DNA of 64,000 nt from Vicinamibacteria bacterium (GCA_963832135.1 CAWHTD010000016.1:1186445-1250444), one strand, 5' to 3'; counted from the first letter of the stretch, positions 41,710-52,291 are shown. Notes: generated by a model not told the origin, from the sequence alone. Program-made: numbers and translations.

Positions 41710-43699
41710 ATGCGTCAGATAATCGCCCTGACCCTCGCCGGCGCGCTCCTGGTGGCAGCGCCGGCGGCTGCCCAGACGGCGGCGAAGAACCTGTATTCGC
41801 GCTTGAGCTCGCGCGACGCCGTCGCGCGAAAGGCCCTCGCATCCGGTCGGTCCGCGGACGCCGTGCGCAAGGACGTCGCGCGCATCATCGCTGGCTACGA
41901 AGGGCTCGTCTCGCGCTTCCCGGGCAGCCCGTACAGCGATAACGCGCTCTGGCAGGCTGGCATGTTGGCTGCGGAAAGCTACGCGCGCTATCGGACCGAG
42001 ACGGATCGTTCCGCATCGTTGCGCCTGCTGCGCAAGCTCCAGAGCGAGTACCCCTCGAGCTCGCTCGTGCGCCAGGCCAGGCCGGCGATCGCCCGGCTCG
42101 AGGCCGATGGCCGAAGCCCGAGTCCAGCCGCGCCGACGCGGGCGGCGTCTGTCCCGCTCGCGGCGCCGTCGAGCGCATCGGCGGGCACAGGTGTTTCTGC
42201 CCCTCCCCCCCAGCGGGGCGCGCGCGCTACCACTCCTTCGAGCCAGCCAGCCGGCCGTCGTCGCCGAGGCCCCCAACTCCTCATCAACCAAGCCGCAAGG
42301 CACCGCGGAGCTCCGCGCGATTCGCCGTACGCTCTTACCCGACGTGGTACGCATCGCCATCGAGCTCGATCGCGAGGTCGAGTATCGAAGCGACCGCATC
42401 GAGGCGCCCGATCGCGTGTTCGTCGATCTGCATGGCACCGGTGTCGCGGAGGAGACGCCGGGAATTCTGAGTTACGACGACGACCTGGTGCGGGCGGTGA
42501 GGCTTGGGCCCCGGCCCGGTGGGACGACGCGGGTGGTGCTGGACCTCGATCATGCGGGTCAGTACAGCGTGTTCACGCTCTACAATCCCTATCGCGTCGT
42601 GGTCGATCTCGAGCGCCCGGGCGGCCACAACGTGCCTGCCGTGCTCGGCACGACATCGACCGCGGCCCAATCGAAGGATGATCGCGTGGTGCGCGCGCTC
42701 GACACGCGTCCTCGCGCGATGGCGCCACCATCAACCGCGCCCCTGGCGCCGATCACGGAACATGTGGACGTTCCGCGTGACGAAGACGTGAAACCAGCGC
42801 CTCAGGTCGATTCCGTCGCGCCCGGTGCCACGCTCACGCCGGGGCGGTCCACCGTGGCGGCGGCCTCGTCGACGGCTGTCTCACCTCTGCCCTCGAAGAC
42901 ACCGGCTCCCAAGGGTACGGTGGCGGAAGCGCCGGCCCTCGTCGCGCCCGCCCCCCCGGCCGTGAATCTGGAAGGCCGGTTCTCGCTTTCGCGGCAGCTG
43001 GGACTGGGCATTTCACGAATCGTGATCGATCCCGGCCATGGCGGTCACGATCCGGGCGCCCAGAGCCGCGGCTTGAGCGAAGCGGACCTCGTGCTCGACG
43101 TGGCGTTGCGGCTCGAGCAGTTGCTCACGCGCGAGCCGGGCGTAGAGGTGGTATTGACTCGCCGTTCGGATGTGTTCGTCCCGCTCGAGGAGCGAACGGC
43201 GCTCGCCAACCGGCAGAACGCGGATCTGTTTCTTTCGATTCACGCAAACGCGAGCCGCAATCCTAAGGCTCGAGGCGTCGAGACTTATTTTTTGAACTTC
43301 GCGTCCACGCCGGATGCCGAAGCGGTTGCCGCGCGTGAGAACTCCGCGTCGGGCCGCACCATGCACAGCCTTCCCGACATCGTCAAAGCGATTACGCTCA
43401 ACAACAAGCTGGACGAGTCGCGCGACTTCGCCACGCTGGTGCAGCGCGCGATGGTCGGGCATCTTTCGGGGAGCAACAAGGACCTGAGAGATCTCGGCGT
43501 GAAGCAGGCGCCGTTTGTGGTCCTCATCGGGGCCGGCATGCCCAGCGTGCTTGCGGAGATCTCGTTTGTCACGCACAGCCAGGAAGGGAAGCTCCTGAAG
43601 AACAAGGCTTATCGGCAGAAGATCGCCGAGGCCCTCTATCAGGGCCTCGAGCGGTATCAGCGATCGCTGAAGGCCGTGAAGACGGTCGCGAATCAGTAG
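41710..43699 (+). CDS. amiC: TPR-like + AMIN + N-acetylmuramoyl-L-alanine amidase (Amidase_3), frameshifted near 42245
   Basis: Signal peptide and TPR-like part in ORF 41710; AMIN (TRVVLDL...NPYRVVVDL), IDPGHGG, SIHAN in ORF 42107. Confidence 0.85.
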
Positions 43700-43809
43700 G
43701 CCCAAGCTTTAGCTTGGGCATTTCAAGCTTTCGCGTGGGCATTCGTGAAGATCGACAGGCGCAGGTAACGCGCCAACGCTCACTTGCCCCAGCTGAAGCT
43801 CGGGCCTAT
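43696..43809. repeat. Inverted GTAG-REP pair; supplies the amidase TAG stop
   Basis: 43696-43719 and 43786-43809. Confidence 0.85.
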
Positions 43810-43846
43810 GTGCCGATAGGACGCCGGCCTCCCTGCTGATGCGACG

Positions 43847-44077
43847 CTAGTTCAGCCGCAACGACATCTCGTTGCCGGTTTCGCCATTGAACGCGTTGCC
43901 GGGGCGGTGGGTGCGGAGGTAGATGAATAGCACGCCGAGCAGCAGCCCCGAGAGGAGCGCGACGGCGGTGATCACGCCGGTCAGGCCGAGCGCCCGGAGA
44001 ATCACGTCACCGAGCGTGACGACATCGGTCGGCGGGCCGATCACGCGAACGATGATGGGCGACGGTGGGGGCTGCAC
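43847..44077 (-). CDS. Small membrane protein
   Basis: 76 aa, one long hydrophobic helix, follows pepA. Confidence 0.6.
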   Translation of the reverse strand: MQPPPSPIIVRVIGPPTDVVTLGDVILRALGLTGVITAVALLSGLLLGVLFIYLRTHRPGNAFNGETGNEMSLRLN

Positions 44078-44089
44078 GTCTCTTCCAGT

Positions 44090-45637
44090 TTACCGCGAGA
44101 CGTTTCGCCATCCTTCGGGATCCAGCGCCAGTTCGGCCAGCAGCCTGACGGCGACGCCCGTGGCGCCCTTGACCTGCCACGGTCTGACGTCGTCGGCCCA
44201 CGCCGTCCCCGCGATGTCCAGATGCGCCCAGGGAAGCTGGCCGGTGAATTGCTTCAGGAACACGGCCGCCGTCACGGCGCCGCCGGGCCGGCCGCCCGTA
44301 TTGGTCATGTCGGCCACGTCGCTCTTCAACTGTTCGTAGTACTCGTCGGAAACCGGCAGCGGCCAGCAGCAATCGCCCGATAGGGACCCGGCACGGCGCA
44401 CCGCGTCGACGAAGGCGTCCGGTGTCCCGAAGACGCCGGAATGCACACGGCCCAGGGCCACCACACAGGCGCCGGTCAGCGTCGCCACATCCACCAGGTG
44501 CGTGGCGCCCAACTCACGCGCGTACCACAGGCCGTCGCCAAGAATCAGACGGCCTTCGGCGTCCGTGTTCACGACTTCGACTGTGGTACCGCTTGCGCCG
44601 CGCAGCACGTCGCCCGGCTTGACAGCGCGGCCGCCGGGCATGTTTTCAGACGATGGAATGATGCCAATGACGCGAATCGGCGCTCGAAGGAGCGCCGCCG
44701 CGCGAAGGGCGGCAATGACGGCGGCGCCGCCCGCCATGTCGACCTTCATCTTCTCCATGCCGTCTGCGGGCTTGATGGAGATGCCGCCGGTATCGAAAGT
44801 GATGCCCTTGCCGACCAGCGCCAACACCGGCGCGGCGGGCGCGTCGGGAGGATCATGGCGAAGCACGATGACTCGCGGGGGCTCGGCGCTGCCGCGCGCA
44901 ACGCCAAGGAGCAGGCCCATTCGAAGCGCCGCGATTCGATCCTCGTTGAGGATCTCGACGCTCAAGGTCGTGCCCTCGGCGGCGGCGCGGGCGCGATCGG
45001 CAAATATCGTCGGCGTCAGCAGGTTGGCGGGCTCGTTCCCGAGATCGCGCGCGAAGTTTGTGCAGGCGCCGAGGATGGCCCCACGCTCCACGGCGGCCGC
45101 TGCAGCCTGCCGCATCTCGGCCGGCAGTTCAGGAGCCACCAGCCGGACGTCGCTGACGCGCGCCAGCTCCGAAGGGCTGCTCTTGAGGCGCCCGATATCG
45201 TGCTCGGCCAGGACGACGCCTTCCGCGGTGGCCTGCAAGAGGCGAGTCGCCGAGTGCCCGGGGTGGCTTTCGTCGGTCGCCGGCCGAAACAGGACGCCCA
45301 CCCGGGCCACGCGGCGCTGCCTGGCGGCCAACACGCCGGTTGCGGCCACGCGGCGGGCCATCTCGCCGTCGTAGTTGGCGCGATTCCCGGCGCCGACCAG
45401 CGCCACGCGCCGGACCTGCCACTGGTGCGTCACCGTCGCCACGAAAATCTCGCAGGGCTTCCCCGTCAGCTCGCGCGTGTTGAGGGCACGACCCACTTCC
45501 CCGCCCGTCGCGGCGTCGAGCCCGGGAACATCCGCCAGATCGTCGCCTTCAAACGCGGGAACCACGAGCAGGTCCGTGTCGAGGTGGGCCAAGGTCGTCC
45601 AGACCAGCAATGGCGGGGGGGAATTGAAGGTGCCCAT
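44090..45637 (-). CDS. pepA: Leucyl aminopeptidase (M17)
   Basis: GKGITFDTGG, NTDAEGRL, ATLTGA, HLDIAG. Confidence 0.96.
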   Translation of the reverse strand: MGTFNSPPPLLVWTTLAHLDTDLLVVPAFEGDDLADVPGLDAATGGEVGRALNTRELTGKPCEIFVATVTHQWQVRRVALVGAGNRANYDGEMARRVAATGVLAARQRRVARVGVLFRPATDESHPGHSATRLLQATAEGVVLAEHDIGRLKSSPSELARVSDVRLVAPELPAEMRQAAAAAVERGAILGACTNFARDLGNEPANLLTPTIFADRARAAAEGTTLSVEILNEDRIAALRMGLLLGVARGSAEPPRVIVLRHDPPDAPAAPVLALVGKGITFDTGGISIKPADGMEKMKVDMAGGAAVIAALRAAALLRAPIRVIGIIPSSENMPGGRAVKPGDVLRGASGTTVEVVNTDAEGRLILGDGLWYARELGATHLVDVATLTGACVVALGRVHSGVFGTPDAFVDAVRRAGSLSGDCCWPLPVSDEYYEQLKSDVADMTNTGGRPGGAVTAAVFLKQFTGQLPWAHLDIAGTAWADDVRPWQVKGATGVAVRLLAELALDPEGWRNVSR

Positions 45638-45736
45638 CCGAACGATTATGGCCTAACTCCCCGGACTGAATTGCCGAAGCGCGGGAAACACCATTACAAT
45701 GCCGTGCAACCCGATTTCCCCGAAGGAAGGTCTTCA

Positions 45737-46234
45737 ATGACCTCGGAATCTCGCGTCCTACGGACGCCCTTCCGTGCATCCCGCTACCTGCTGGCCCTCC
45801 CCTGCGCGGTACTTCTGTGCGGCAGCGTCGTGGGCCTTCTGGCCCAGGACGACAAGGGCGAGAACAAGGATAAGAAGGACACGAAGCGCGCCTCCCTCTC
45901 GCTGAAGGCGACGCCGCCCATTTCGTTTTCTCCCGCCAAGATCATGGTCACGGCGGAACTTCGCGGTGGGTCTGATTCGAGCGACGAGCTCTATTGTCCG
46001 AGCCTCGAATGGGATTGGGGCGACGGAACGAAATCGGAATCGAATGCCGACTGCGAGCCGTTTGAAGCCGGCAAGAGCACGATCAAGCGTCGGTTCACCG
46101 CGTCGCACACGTACAACATGGCCGACAACTATCGCGTCCTGCTCCGGCTGCGCCGCGGGTCGAAAACCATTGTGGGCGGCAACACGTCCATACAGGTGAA
46201 ACCTGGCTTGAGGGACCCTTCAGAAAACTACTGA
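45737..46234 (+). CDS. Exported protein with a PKD-like domain
   Basis: Signal-like segment, EWDWGDGT...ASHTY; TACAAT upstream at 45695. Confidence 0.75.
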   Translation: MTSESRVLRTPFRASRYLLALPCAVLLCGSVVGLLAQDDKGENKDKKDTKRASLSLKATPPISFSPAKIMVTAELRGGSDSSDELYCPSLEWDWGDGTKSESNADCEPFEAGKSTIKRRFTASHTYNMADNYRVLLRLRRGSKTIVGGNTSIQVKPGLRDPSENY

Positions 46235-46329
46235 CCGACCGCCGACGTTTCGGCGGCGCGCGGCATATAGCGCGGGCTCTCCCGTGCACTGGAGGTGAAT
46301 CAGACCATGCAGCACTCATCAAGGCATTC

Positions 46330-46941
46330 GTGCGCATCCTGATCGCCGAAGACGAGCCCGTCTCGCGCCGGCTGCTGGAGCAATCGCTGATCCGCTGGGG
46401 CTATGAAACCGTGGTGTGCGTCGACGGGCAGGAGGCCTGGGACGCGCTGCGGCAGCAGGGGGCTCCCCGCGTCGCCATTCTCGACTGGATGATGCCGGAG
46501 ATGGACGGCTTGGAGGTCTGCCGCGCCGCGCGCAGCACCGAACTGACGCTCCAGCCGTACCTCATCCTGCTTACCGGACGCTCAAGGCCGGAAGACATCA
46601 TCGCCGGCCTCAAGTCTGGCGCCGACGACTACCTCACCAAGCCTGTCGACCGCGGAGAGCTGGAGGCGCGTCTGCAGGTCGCCTCGCGGGTCGTCGCTCT
46701 CCAGGAACGGTTGTCGGATCGTGTGCTCGAGCTCGAGGACGCGCTCCGCAATGTCCGACAGCTGCAGGGGCTGCTGCCGATCTGCGCGTACTGCAAGCGC
46801 ATCCGCGACGACAAGAACTACTGGAGCCAGGTCGAGACGTATCTTGCGGACCACTCGTCCGTGCAGTTCAGTCACGGCATCTGCCCGACGTGCCTGGAGC
46901 GCGTGATGCAGGAGGACCCGCATCTGCGCCCGAGCAAGTAG
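46330..46941 (+). CDS. Response regulator with a Cys/His-rich C-terminal domain
   Basis: REC (AEDE, LDWMMP, GADDYLTKP) plus LPICAYCK...SHGICPTC. Confidence 0.9.
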   Translation: MRILIAEDEPVSRRLLEQSLIRWGYETVVCVDGQEAWDALRQQGAPRVAILDWMMPEMDGLEVCRAARSTELTLQPYLILLTGRSRPEDIIAGLKSGADDYLTKPVDRGELEARLQVASRVVALQERLSDRVLELEDALRNVRQLQGLLPICAYCKRIRDDKNYWSQVETYLADHSSVQFSHGICPTCLERVMQEDPHLRPSK

Positions 46942-46945
46942 GCGT

Positions 46946-47592
46946 TCACCCAGTTCACGGGCCAGCGGAAGCGGCGCGCGAAGATCGCGCCCGCGAACCC
47001 GGCGGCTGGTCACCTCGGTCGACTCGCTCTGAAAATACTCGGACAGGGCCACGGCCTGACGGAACAGAAACCGTCCGAGCGCGCCGATGCCGCCCGACTC
47101 GTCCTCTCGTCCGAACACCGCGTCATTCACATCGTCAGCCGCATGGTCGCCAATCGTGCCCGCGACGAGTCCAACGCGCAGGTAGTAGCGCACGTCGTCG
47201 TCGAGCCGCGAGAGCGGCGCCAGATCGAGCCGCAACATCAGCGGGTCGGCCCAGAGCGGCTGATCGATGTCCGTGCCTCGCGGGTCGCTCACCGTCAACG
47301 ACGGGCCGCTCACCGATGGCCGGATCCTCCAGGTCCCGACCAGTGCCGGAGCCGCCAGGCGATCCCAGGTTCGGTCCTCCCACAACTCGGCACGTATCCG
47401 GATATGCAGCGTCCCACCGTCCTCGATGAGCCGTCGAAACTTCTCAGCGAACAGGCCGCGCACGGACAGCTCCGCCCGCACCGTGGATCCGCTGGCCCCC
47501 AGACGGGCCACGTCGATTCCCAGCGCGGCGAGCGTGGCGTGCGCGACGAGCGCGACGCCCGCGGTCAGTAGGATGACCGCGGGCGGCTTCAT
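46946..47592 (-). CDS. Exported hypothetical protein (loosely DUF4390-like); 3' end uncertain
   Basis: ATG 47592 overlaps the upstream stop, GGAGG SD, signal peptide; as sequenced the frame runs on into the convergent regulator to 46582. Confidence 0.65.
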
Positions 47593-49006
47593 GCCTCCGT
47601 TGGACCGCCGACGGCGGGCAATGGCGGTGGATAGCCATTTGTCGTGGGCGTCATCGGCCGCGGCCCGCGCGTACCGAAGCGGGTCAGCAACGCTGCACCG
47701 AGGCCCGACCGTCCAGGCGATGTACTCCGCGAGAAACCCGACGACCCCGAGGAACCAGGTAATTGGCCAGAGCGGCGCCGGCACCAGCCCCAGTGTCCGC
47801 GCAACGAGCCCGACAGCAGCGACGACCACCACGCCGACGGCGAGCGCGACAAAGACGGGCCGATCTGTGCCAGCCGCCCATCGGCCGATGCGGAGCACCA
47901 CGCCGGCAAAGCCGATGAACACGGCGAGCAGAAGCGCCACGATGCCAAAGGGCACCAGCACCAGCAGCGGGATGCCGATGATCGACACCGCAAGCACGAC
48001 AACCGTCAGTACCAGCACCGGCACGAATAGCAGTTGCGCCAGCAGTCCGGTGAAGCCGCTGACCCATGGGTCGCGGGCGGCCCGCTCACCAATTCGCTCG
48101 ACGACGTGGGGCGCGACGAGCATCGCGAGGAACACCAGCATCAGGACGATCCCGAGACGCAGCAGCGTGCCAAGGAAACGGAACCACCCCGAGAACATGT
48201 CCCAGCCGGCCAGCGAGCCAAAGAACATGGCCGGGATGAACCTGGAAGTTCGGCGACCCAAACCTGATCTCGTTCACGCTGCCGCGAATCGTCGCCCCTG
48301 GTGACTGCTCGATGCGGCCGCCGACAGACGTCACGTCGCCGCGCACGACGGCACGCGGCCCCAGATGCACGCTGCCGCCAACCGCGACCACATCGTCATC
48401 CACGTGCCCGAGGACGGTGACGCTGCCGCCGACGGCCACGACGGGATCGGACACCCGTTCGTCGGCCTCGACGGTGATGTCGCCACCGATATTCACGCGC
48501 GCGGCGCTACGGCGCCAGTGCTCTTCGTCTCGCTCATCATCATCGTCGTCGCCTTGCGCCGGTGCGGCGGGTGGAGCAGGAGGTGTCGCGACTTCAGGCG
48601 CGGCGGGTTCTTCCGGCGGCGCGGGACTGGCAGCTGGGCTCGGCGGTGTTGGCGGGGGCGACGGCGGTCCGTACCAGCTTGCCAGGGTATCCGCCGGAAG
48701 ATACGACACCTGCAGCACCAGATCCGCGTCGGCACCAAGCTTCTCTCGCAGCAAGGCTCCCGTCGCAGGGACACCGTCGACATCGATGGCGCCGCCACGG
48801 ATCTCGATCACTCGTACCGCCGTGGTCCGTTTCGGCTTGAGCACCGCGCCGCCTTGCACGGGGAGTACGTCGAAGCGGCGTTCCACGCGCTGTTTGAGGA
48901 CCGGGTCTACGGCGCCCGCTCCAGCGGTGCGGGCGGAAACCGATCCCATCGCGAGGGCCACGAATAGCATCGTGGTCAACGCACCCAGACGAATCCACAC
49001 ACGCAT
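47589..49006 (-). CDS. Membrane protein with bactofilin/polymer-forming beta-helix repeats and multi-TM C-terminus; frameshifts near 48244 and 47705
   Basis: Signal peptide, Pro-rich linker, V.GDVVAVGG repeats, then TM helices across three ORFs. Confidence 0.78.
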
Positions 49007-49497
49007 CAGAGCTCTCCCTGTTTGCCTGGCATTACCCGGCTCAGGCCAGCCAGTGCCAGCGACGCCGTAAGGACGCCGCCCAGCAACATGAACGTTCCGA
49101 CGGGGCTGGCCAGCGCGGCCCCGACAATTCGTGCCGTCCGCGCCAGCACATCCCAGATCGACAAGCCCGCGCTCAGCCACTCGACGAGCAGCACGCACGC
49201 TCGGGCCACGCTCCCGACGACGATGTTCGCGTCGAAGACGAAGACAGCCGCGACGACCACGACCGGCACGAGCGTGAGCAGCGCCGCGCCGACGAGGACC
49301 CCGGCCGAAATGGCGAACTCGGATCGTGACGTGCTCCAGAACCGCGTCTCGATGGCCGTCGGCCACGCCAGACGCGTGGCGGCCAGAAGCCGGGGCGAGA
49401 AATCCGTGGACGCCGTTCGCCTCGGCAATGCAGCCATGAGCGCGTCGAGTGCCTGCTCCTCACGGTCCCGATTCGGCGAAAATTCCACGCGATTCAT
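49006..49497 (-). CDS. Probable membrane anti-sigma factor
   Basis: Directly after the ECF sigma; LP...S.DFS.RLL motif then TM helices; no ZAS HxxxCxxC. Confidence 0.65.
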   Translation of the reverse strand: MNRVEFSPNRDREEQALDALMAALPRRTASTDFSPRLLAATRLAWPTAIETRFWSTSRSEFAISAGVLVGAALLTLVPVVVVAAVFVFDANIVVGSVARACVLLVEWLSAGLSIWDVLARTARIVGAALASPVGTFMLLGGVLTASLALAGLSRVMPGKQGEL

Positions 49498-49510
49498 ACT
49501 CTGTTGAGCC

Positions 49511-49538
49511 TTACGCGCCGCCGGTGGACCGGGTTTCA
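49511..49538 (-). promoter_or_regulatory. SigW-type ECF promoter inside the 3' end of the sigma gene
   Basis: TGAAAC-N17-CGTAA on the minus strand, 13 nt before the anti-sigma ATG. Confidence 0.65.
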
Positions 49539-50155
49539 CGGCCGAACCCCGCGGCACCAAGGTGGCGCGCCAGCTCGCGGCGAGCCCGATGGAGGAACGT
49601 CTTCACGGTGCCGAGCGGGAGATCCAGCACATGGGCGATTTCGTCGTACTCGAGCCCCTCCTGGTGGCGCAGCACGATGGCCGACCGATATTCGGGACGC
49701 AATTGGTCGATGGCGGCATCCAATGCGGCGGCCAGCTCGCGGTTGAGCGCCGCCTTTTCGGGCGAAATGCTGGTCAAATCGGCTATGGAGGCGAGCGGGT
49801 CGCGCTCCTCGCCGTCCTCCTCGATCGAAGGCGTCGCCAGGGGGACACGCTTTTGGCGCAGGTAGTCGATCGCGGTGTTGTGCGCGATGCGGAACATCCA
49901 GCTCGAAAATCGCATTCGCGGGTCGAAGGTCCCGAGCGCCCGGAACATCTTGACGAAGCTGTCCTGCGTGAGGTCCTCCGCCATCGCCGGGTCCTGCACG
50001 AGGCGCACAATCAGGTTGTAGACGGGTCGCTCGAAGCGACCGACGAGCGCCTCGCTGGCCTCGGCGGAGCCGCGCAGCGCTTCGACCGCGATCTCGGCGT
50101 CGGTCTTGAGGTCCGTGTGGACTTGACCGGGCGCTCGGCCATCGGGCTCACGCAT
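49511..50155 (-). CDS. ECF RNA polymerase sigma factor (SigW-like)
   Basis: AEDLTQDSF, FSSWMFRIAHN.AID, YDEIA..L.LPLGTVKT.LHRAR. Confidence 0.95.
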   Translation of the reverse strand: MREPDGRAPGQVHTDLKTDAEIAVEALRGSAEASEALVGRFERPVYNLIVRLVQDPAMAEDLTQDSFVKMFRALGTFDPRMRFSSWMFRIAHNTAIDYLRQKRVPLATPSIEEDGEERDPLASIADLTSISPEKAALNRELAAALDAAIDQLRPEYRSAIVLRHQEGLEYDEIAHVLDLPLGTVKTFLHRARRELARHLGAAGFGRETRSTGGA

Positions 50156-50176
50156 CGGACGCGGCTCGCATGCCGC

Positions 50177-51838
50177 TCAAAATGGAGGCGCCAGCCTGAC
50201 GACCACCTGTAATGAGCGCGGAATCGCATCGGCGCGCCAGCCGCACTCGATGCGCAGATCGTCGTTGAACGCCCACCCGACGCCGACCCCGCTCAGCCAC
50301 GAGTCCTTGCTGCCCTCCAGCGGTTCGAAGACGCGGCCAGCATCGGCCAGCGCCAGCAGCCGGCCATGCCGGAACAGCATGACGCCGTATTCGATGTTCA
50401 GAAGCGCCATGTCACGGCCTCGTGCCTCCTTGAACTGATAGCCACGCACGCTGCCGAATCCTCCCAGGGCGAACTCGCGCTGGGGTGGGACATCGCCGTC
50501 AGACCAGCCCCCAATCAGCCGAGCGCCGAGCCGCTGGCGCGGGCCGACAGGCATCCAGCCGCGTGCGCTCAGCAGGTGCCGCGTGTAATCGAAGTCGCTG
50601 CCGAACGACGGGCGCGATATCTCCGAGGACCACTCGATCCGCCAGCCGGATTCGACAACGGCCGCGGTGCCAAACGGCTGGTCGAGCTGATGCCGTGCGT
50701 ACGTCCGCGCGAGCGCTTCGGTCTCGAAGCCGCGAGAGTCCCAGGCATAACCGACGACGACTGCGCGGTGCTCCCCCTCATCGACCGTCGGATTCTGCCG
50801 GAAGAGCTCGTCTCTTTTGAAGGCGCTCACATCGGTCGCGACCGGCAAAGACTCGTGCAATTCGTCGCGCCAGGCCCCCATTATTTCCATTGTCTCAGTC
50901 AGGCGCAGCGCCGTGTGCACCTGATAGCCTCGCCGGCGATAGTAGTCACGATACGAGTTGCGAAACCCGAGCGATACGAGGCTCTGCTCGAGGGGCGAAA
51001 TCCGCCATCCATCGTCGGATGCCGTGAGATCGAAGATCTCTGCGCCGGCAAAGAGGCGTGGTGACGCAAGAAACGGCTGCGACACGCCGATCGCATAGCC
51101 CGGCCGGTCCGGACCAAACTTCCAGCTGGCCATCGCCTCGATGTACGTGTGGTTGAATCGGCGCTGGTCGAAGATCGTACCCGACAGGCCGAGGGCCGGG
51201 GCAAAGCCATCGACCGGGCTGAACCAGTCTTCCCGGCCGGCGGCACCCGTCGACCAGTGCAGGCGACCGGTGCGGCGCCGCAAATGCACACGAAGGACGG
51301 CGCTACCGCCCCGCTCGACGACCTCGAGACCATCCTGCGCCGTCAGGACGTTGCCCTCAATCGGGTCCACCGCCTGCGTCGTTTCAAGGGCGCCGCGAGA
51401 TGGCGCGAGCAGCCTCGTGACAGCGGCTCGGGCCGCAGGAAGATGAAAGAGGTCGCCGGGCTGGACCTCGAATTCACGTTGGAACACGGCCACCCGGTCC
51501 GCATCGACGCCGAGAAATTCGATTGCCGACAGGCGTCCCTCGCGGACGATGACCGTCAAGGCACCGTTCGCGTCGAGTCGAGCGGTCGCTTTCGCGGCGC
51601 GGTAGCCCTCTTCGGCGTAAATCGCCTCGACGTCGCGGGCGATCGCGTCGGGGTCTTTCGGCAGCGGGCGGCCGACTTCGAGCGAGAGCCTGCGGCTCAG
51701 ATCAGCCTGGGGGAAGACGCTGAGACCATCGATATTGAGCGTCTGGAGGACGGCGAGTGGAGTCTTCGAGGATCCCTGCGCCTCCTGGGACGAACCGGCG
51801 CGGGGTGTCACCAGCGCCAGCATCACGGCCAACAACAC
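50177..51838 (-). CDS. Omp85 (BamA/TamA) family outer-membrane protein with POTRA-like N-terminus
   Basis: Signal peptide, POTRA-like segments, LGGFGSVRGY, terminal Phe; true start may be ATG 51860 with a 1-bp indel. Confidence 0.82.
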   Translation of the reverse strand: MLLAVMLALVTPRAGSSQEAQGSSKTPLAVLQTLNIDGLSVFPQADLSRRLSLEVGRPLPKDPDAIARDVEAIYAEEGYRAAKATARLDANGALTVIVREGRLSAIEFLGVDADRVAVFQREFEVQPGDLFHLPAARAAVTRLLAPSRGALETTQAVDPIEGNVLTAQDGLEVVERGGSAVLRVHLRRRTGRLHWSTGAAGREDWFSPVDGFAPALGLSGTIFDQRRFNHTYIEAMASWKFGPDRPGYAIGVSQPFLASPRLFAGAEIFDLTASDDGWRISPLEQSLVSLGFRNSYRDYYRRRGYQVHTALRLTETMEIMGAWRDELHESLPVATDVSAFKRDELFRQNPTVDEGEHRAVVVGYAWDSRGFETEALARTYARHQLDQPFGTAAVVESGWRIEWSSEISRPSFGSDFDYTRHLLSARGWMPVGPRQRLGARLIGGWSDGDVPPQREFALGGFGSVRGYQFKEARGRDMALLNIEYGVMLFRHGRLLALADAGRVFEPLEGSKDSWLSGVGVGWAFNDDLRIECGWRADAIPRSLQVVVRLAPPF

Positions 51839-51859
51839 GCGTGCGCAAGCAGTCGGCCA

Positions 51860-52282
51860 TTACGACACAGGGACGAGCCGCACTTCGCGGAAGTTCCCCC
51901 CGACGAAGCGCCAGCCTCGCAGCTCCGACGCCGTGGGCGCGGCAATGAGGTACAGGAACCCTTCTGCTCCCGCCTCCTCGCGGTCCGTCGGAGAAGGCCG
52001 GGCGGGCCCCGCCGGATGGGAATGATAGACGCCGATCAGGCCGAGCCCGCGCGCCCGGACATGACGCTGCGCGCTGAAGTGATCCTCGGGCGACACGAGG
52101 AACCGCCGTCTGGGATCGACGCTCACGTTCCGCGCGGGCCAGATCTCGAGAATGCGATCCGCATGGCCGACGAGCAGCCCACAGCATTCGTCGGGCAGCG
52201 CCGCCCGCGCGCGATCGTGAATGTCTTCACGCAGGCCGTTCGCGATCTGCACCACGGCGCCGGGTTCGTCGTGCGGCATCAT
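51860..52282 (-). CDS. JAMM/Mov34 (M67) metallopeptidase
   Basis: PDECCGLL...YHSHP...PSPTD. Confidence 0.92.
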   Translation of the reverse strand: MMPHDEPGAVVQIANGLREDIHDRARAALPDECCGLLVGHADRILEIWPARNVSVDPRRRFLVSPEDHFSAQRHVRARGLGLIGVYHSHPAGPARPSPTDREEAGAEGFLYLIAAPTASELRGWRFVGGNFREVRLVPVS

Positions 52283-52291
52283 GACGGCACA

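Noticed and set aside
42200-42255. Phase variation of the amidase via poly-C or AGCC repeats
   Set aside because: Tracts are short and similar indels hit several housekeeping genes, favouring sequencing error
46582-48261. 559-aa ORF fusing a TM domain to the exported protein
   Set aside because: Artefact of the frameshift at about 47705; the internal SD, ATG and signal peptide at 47592 mark a separate gene
51860-52282. JAMM as part of a CBASS or ubiquitin-like defence system
   Set aside because: No cyclase, E1/E2 or ThiS/MoaD-like gene in the window
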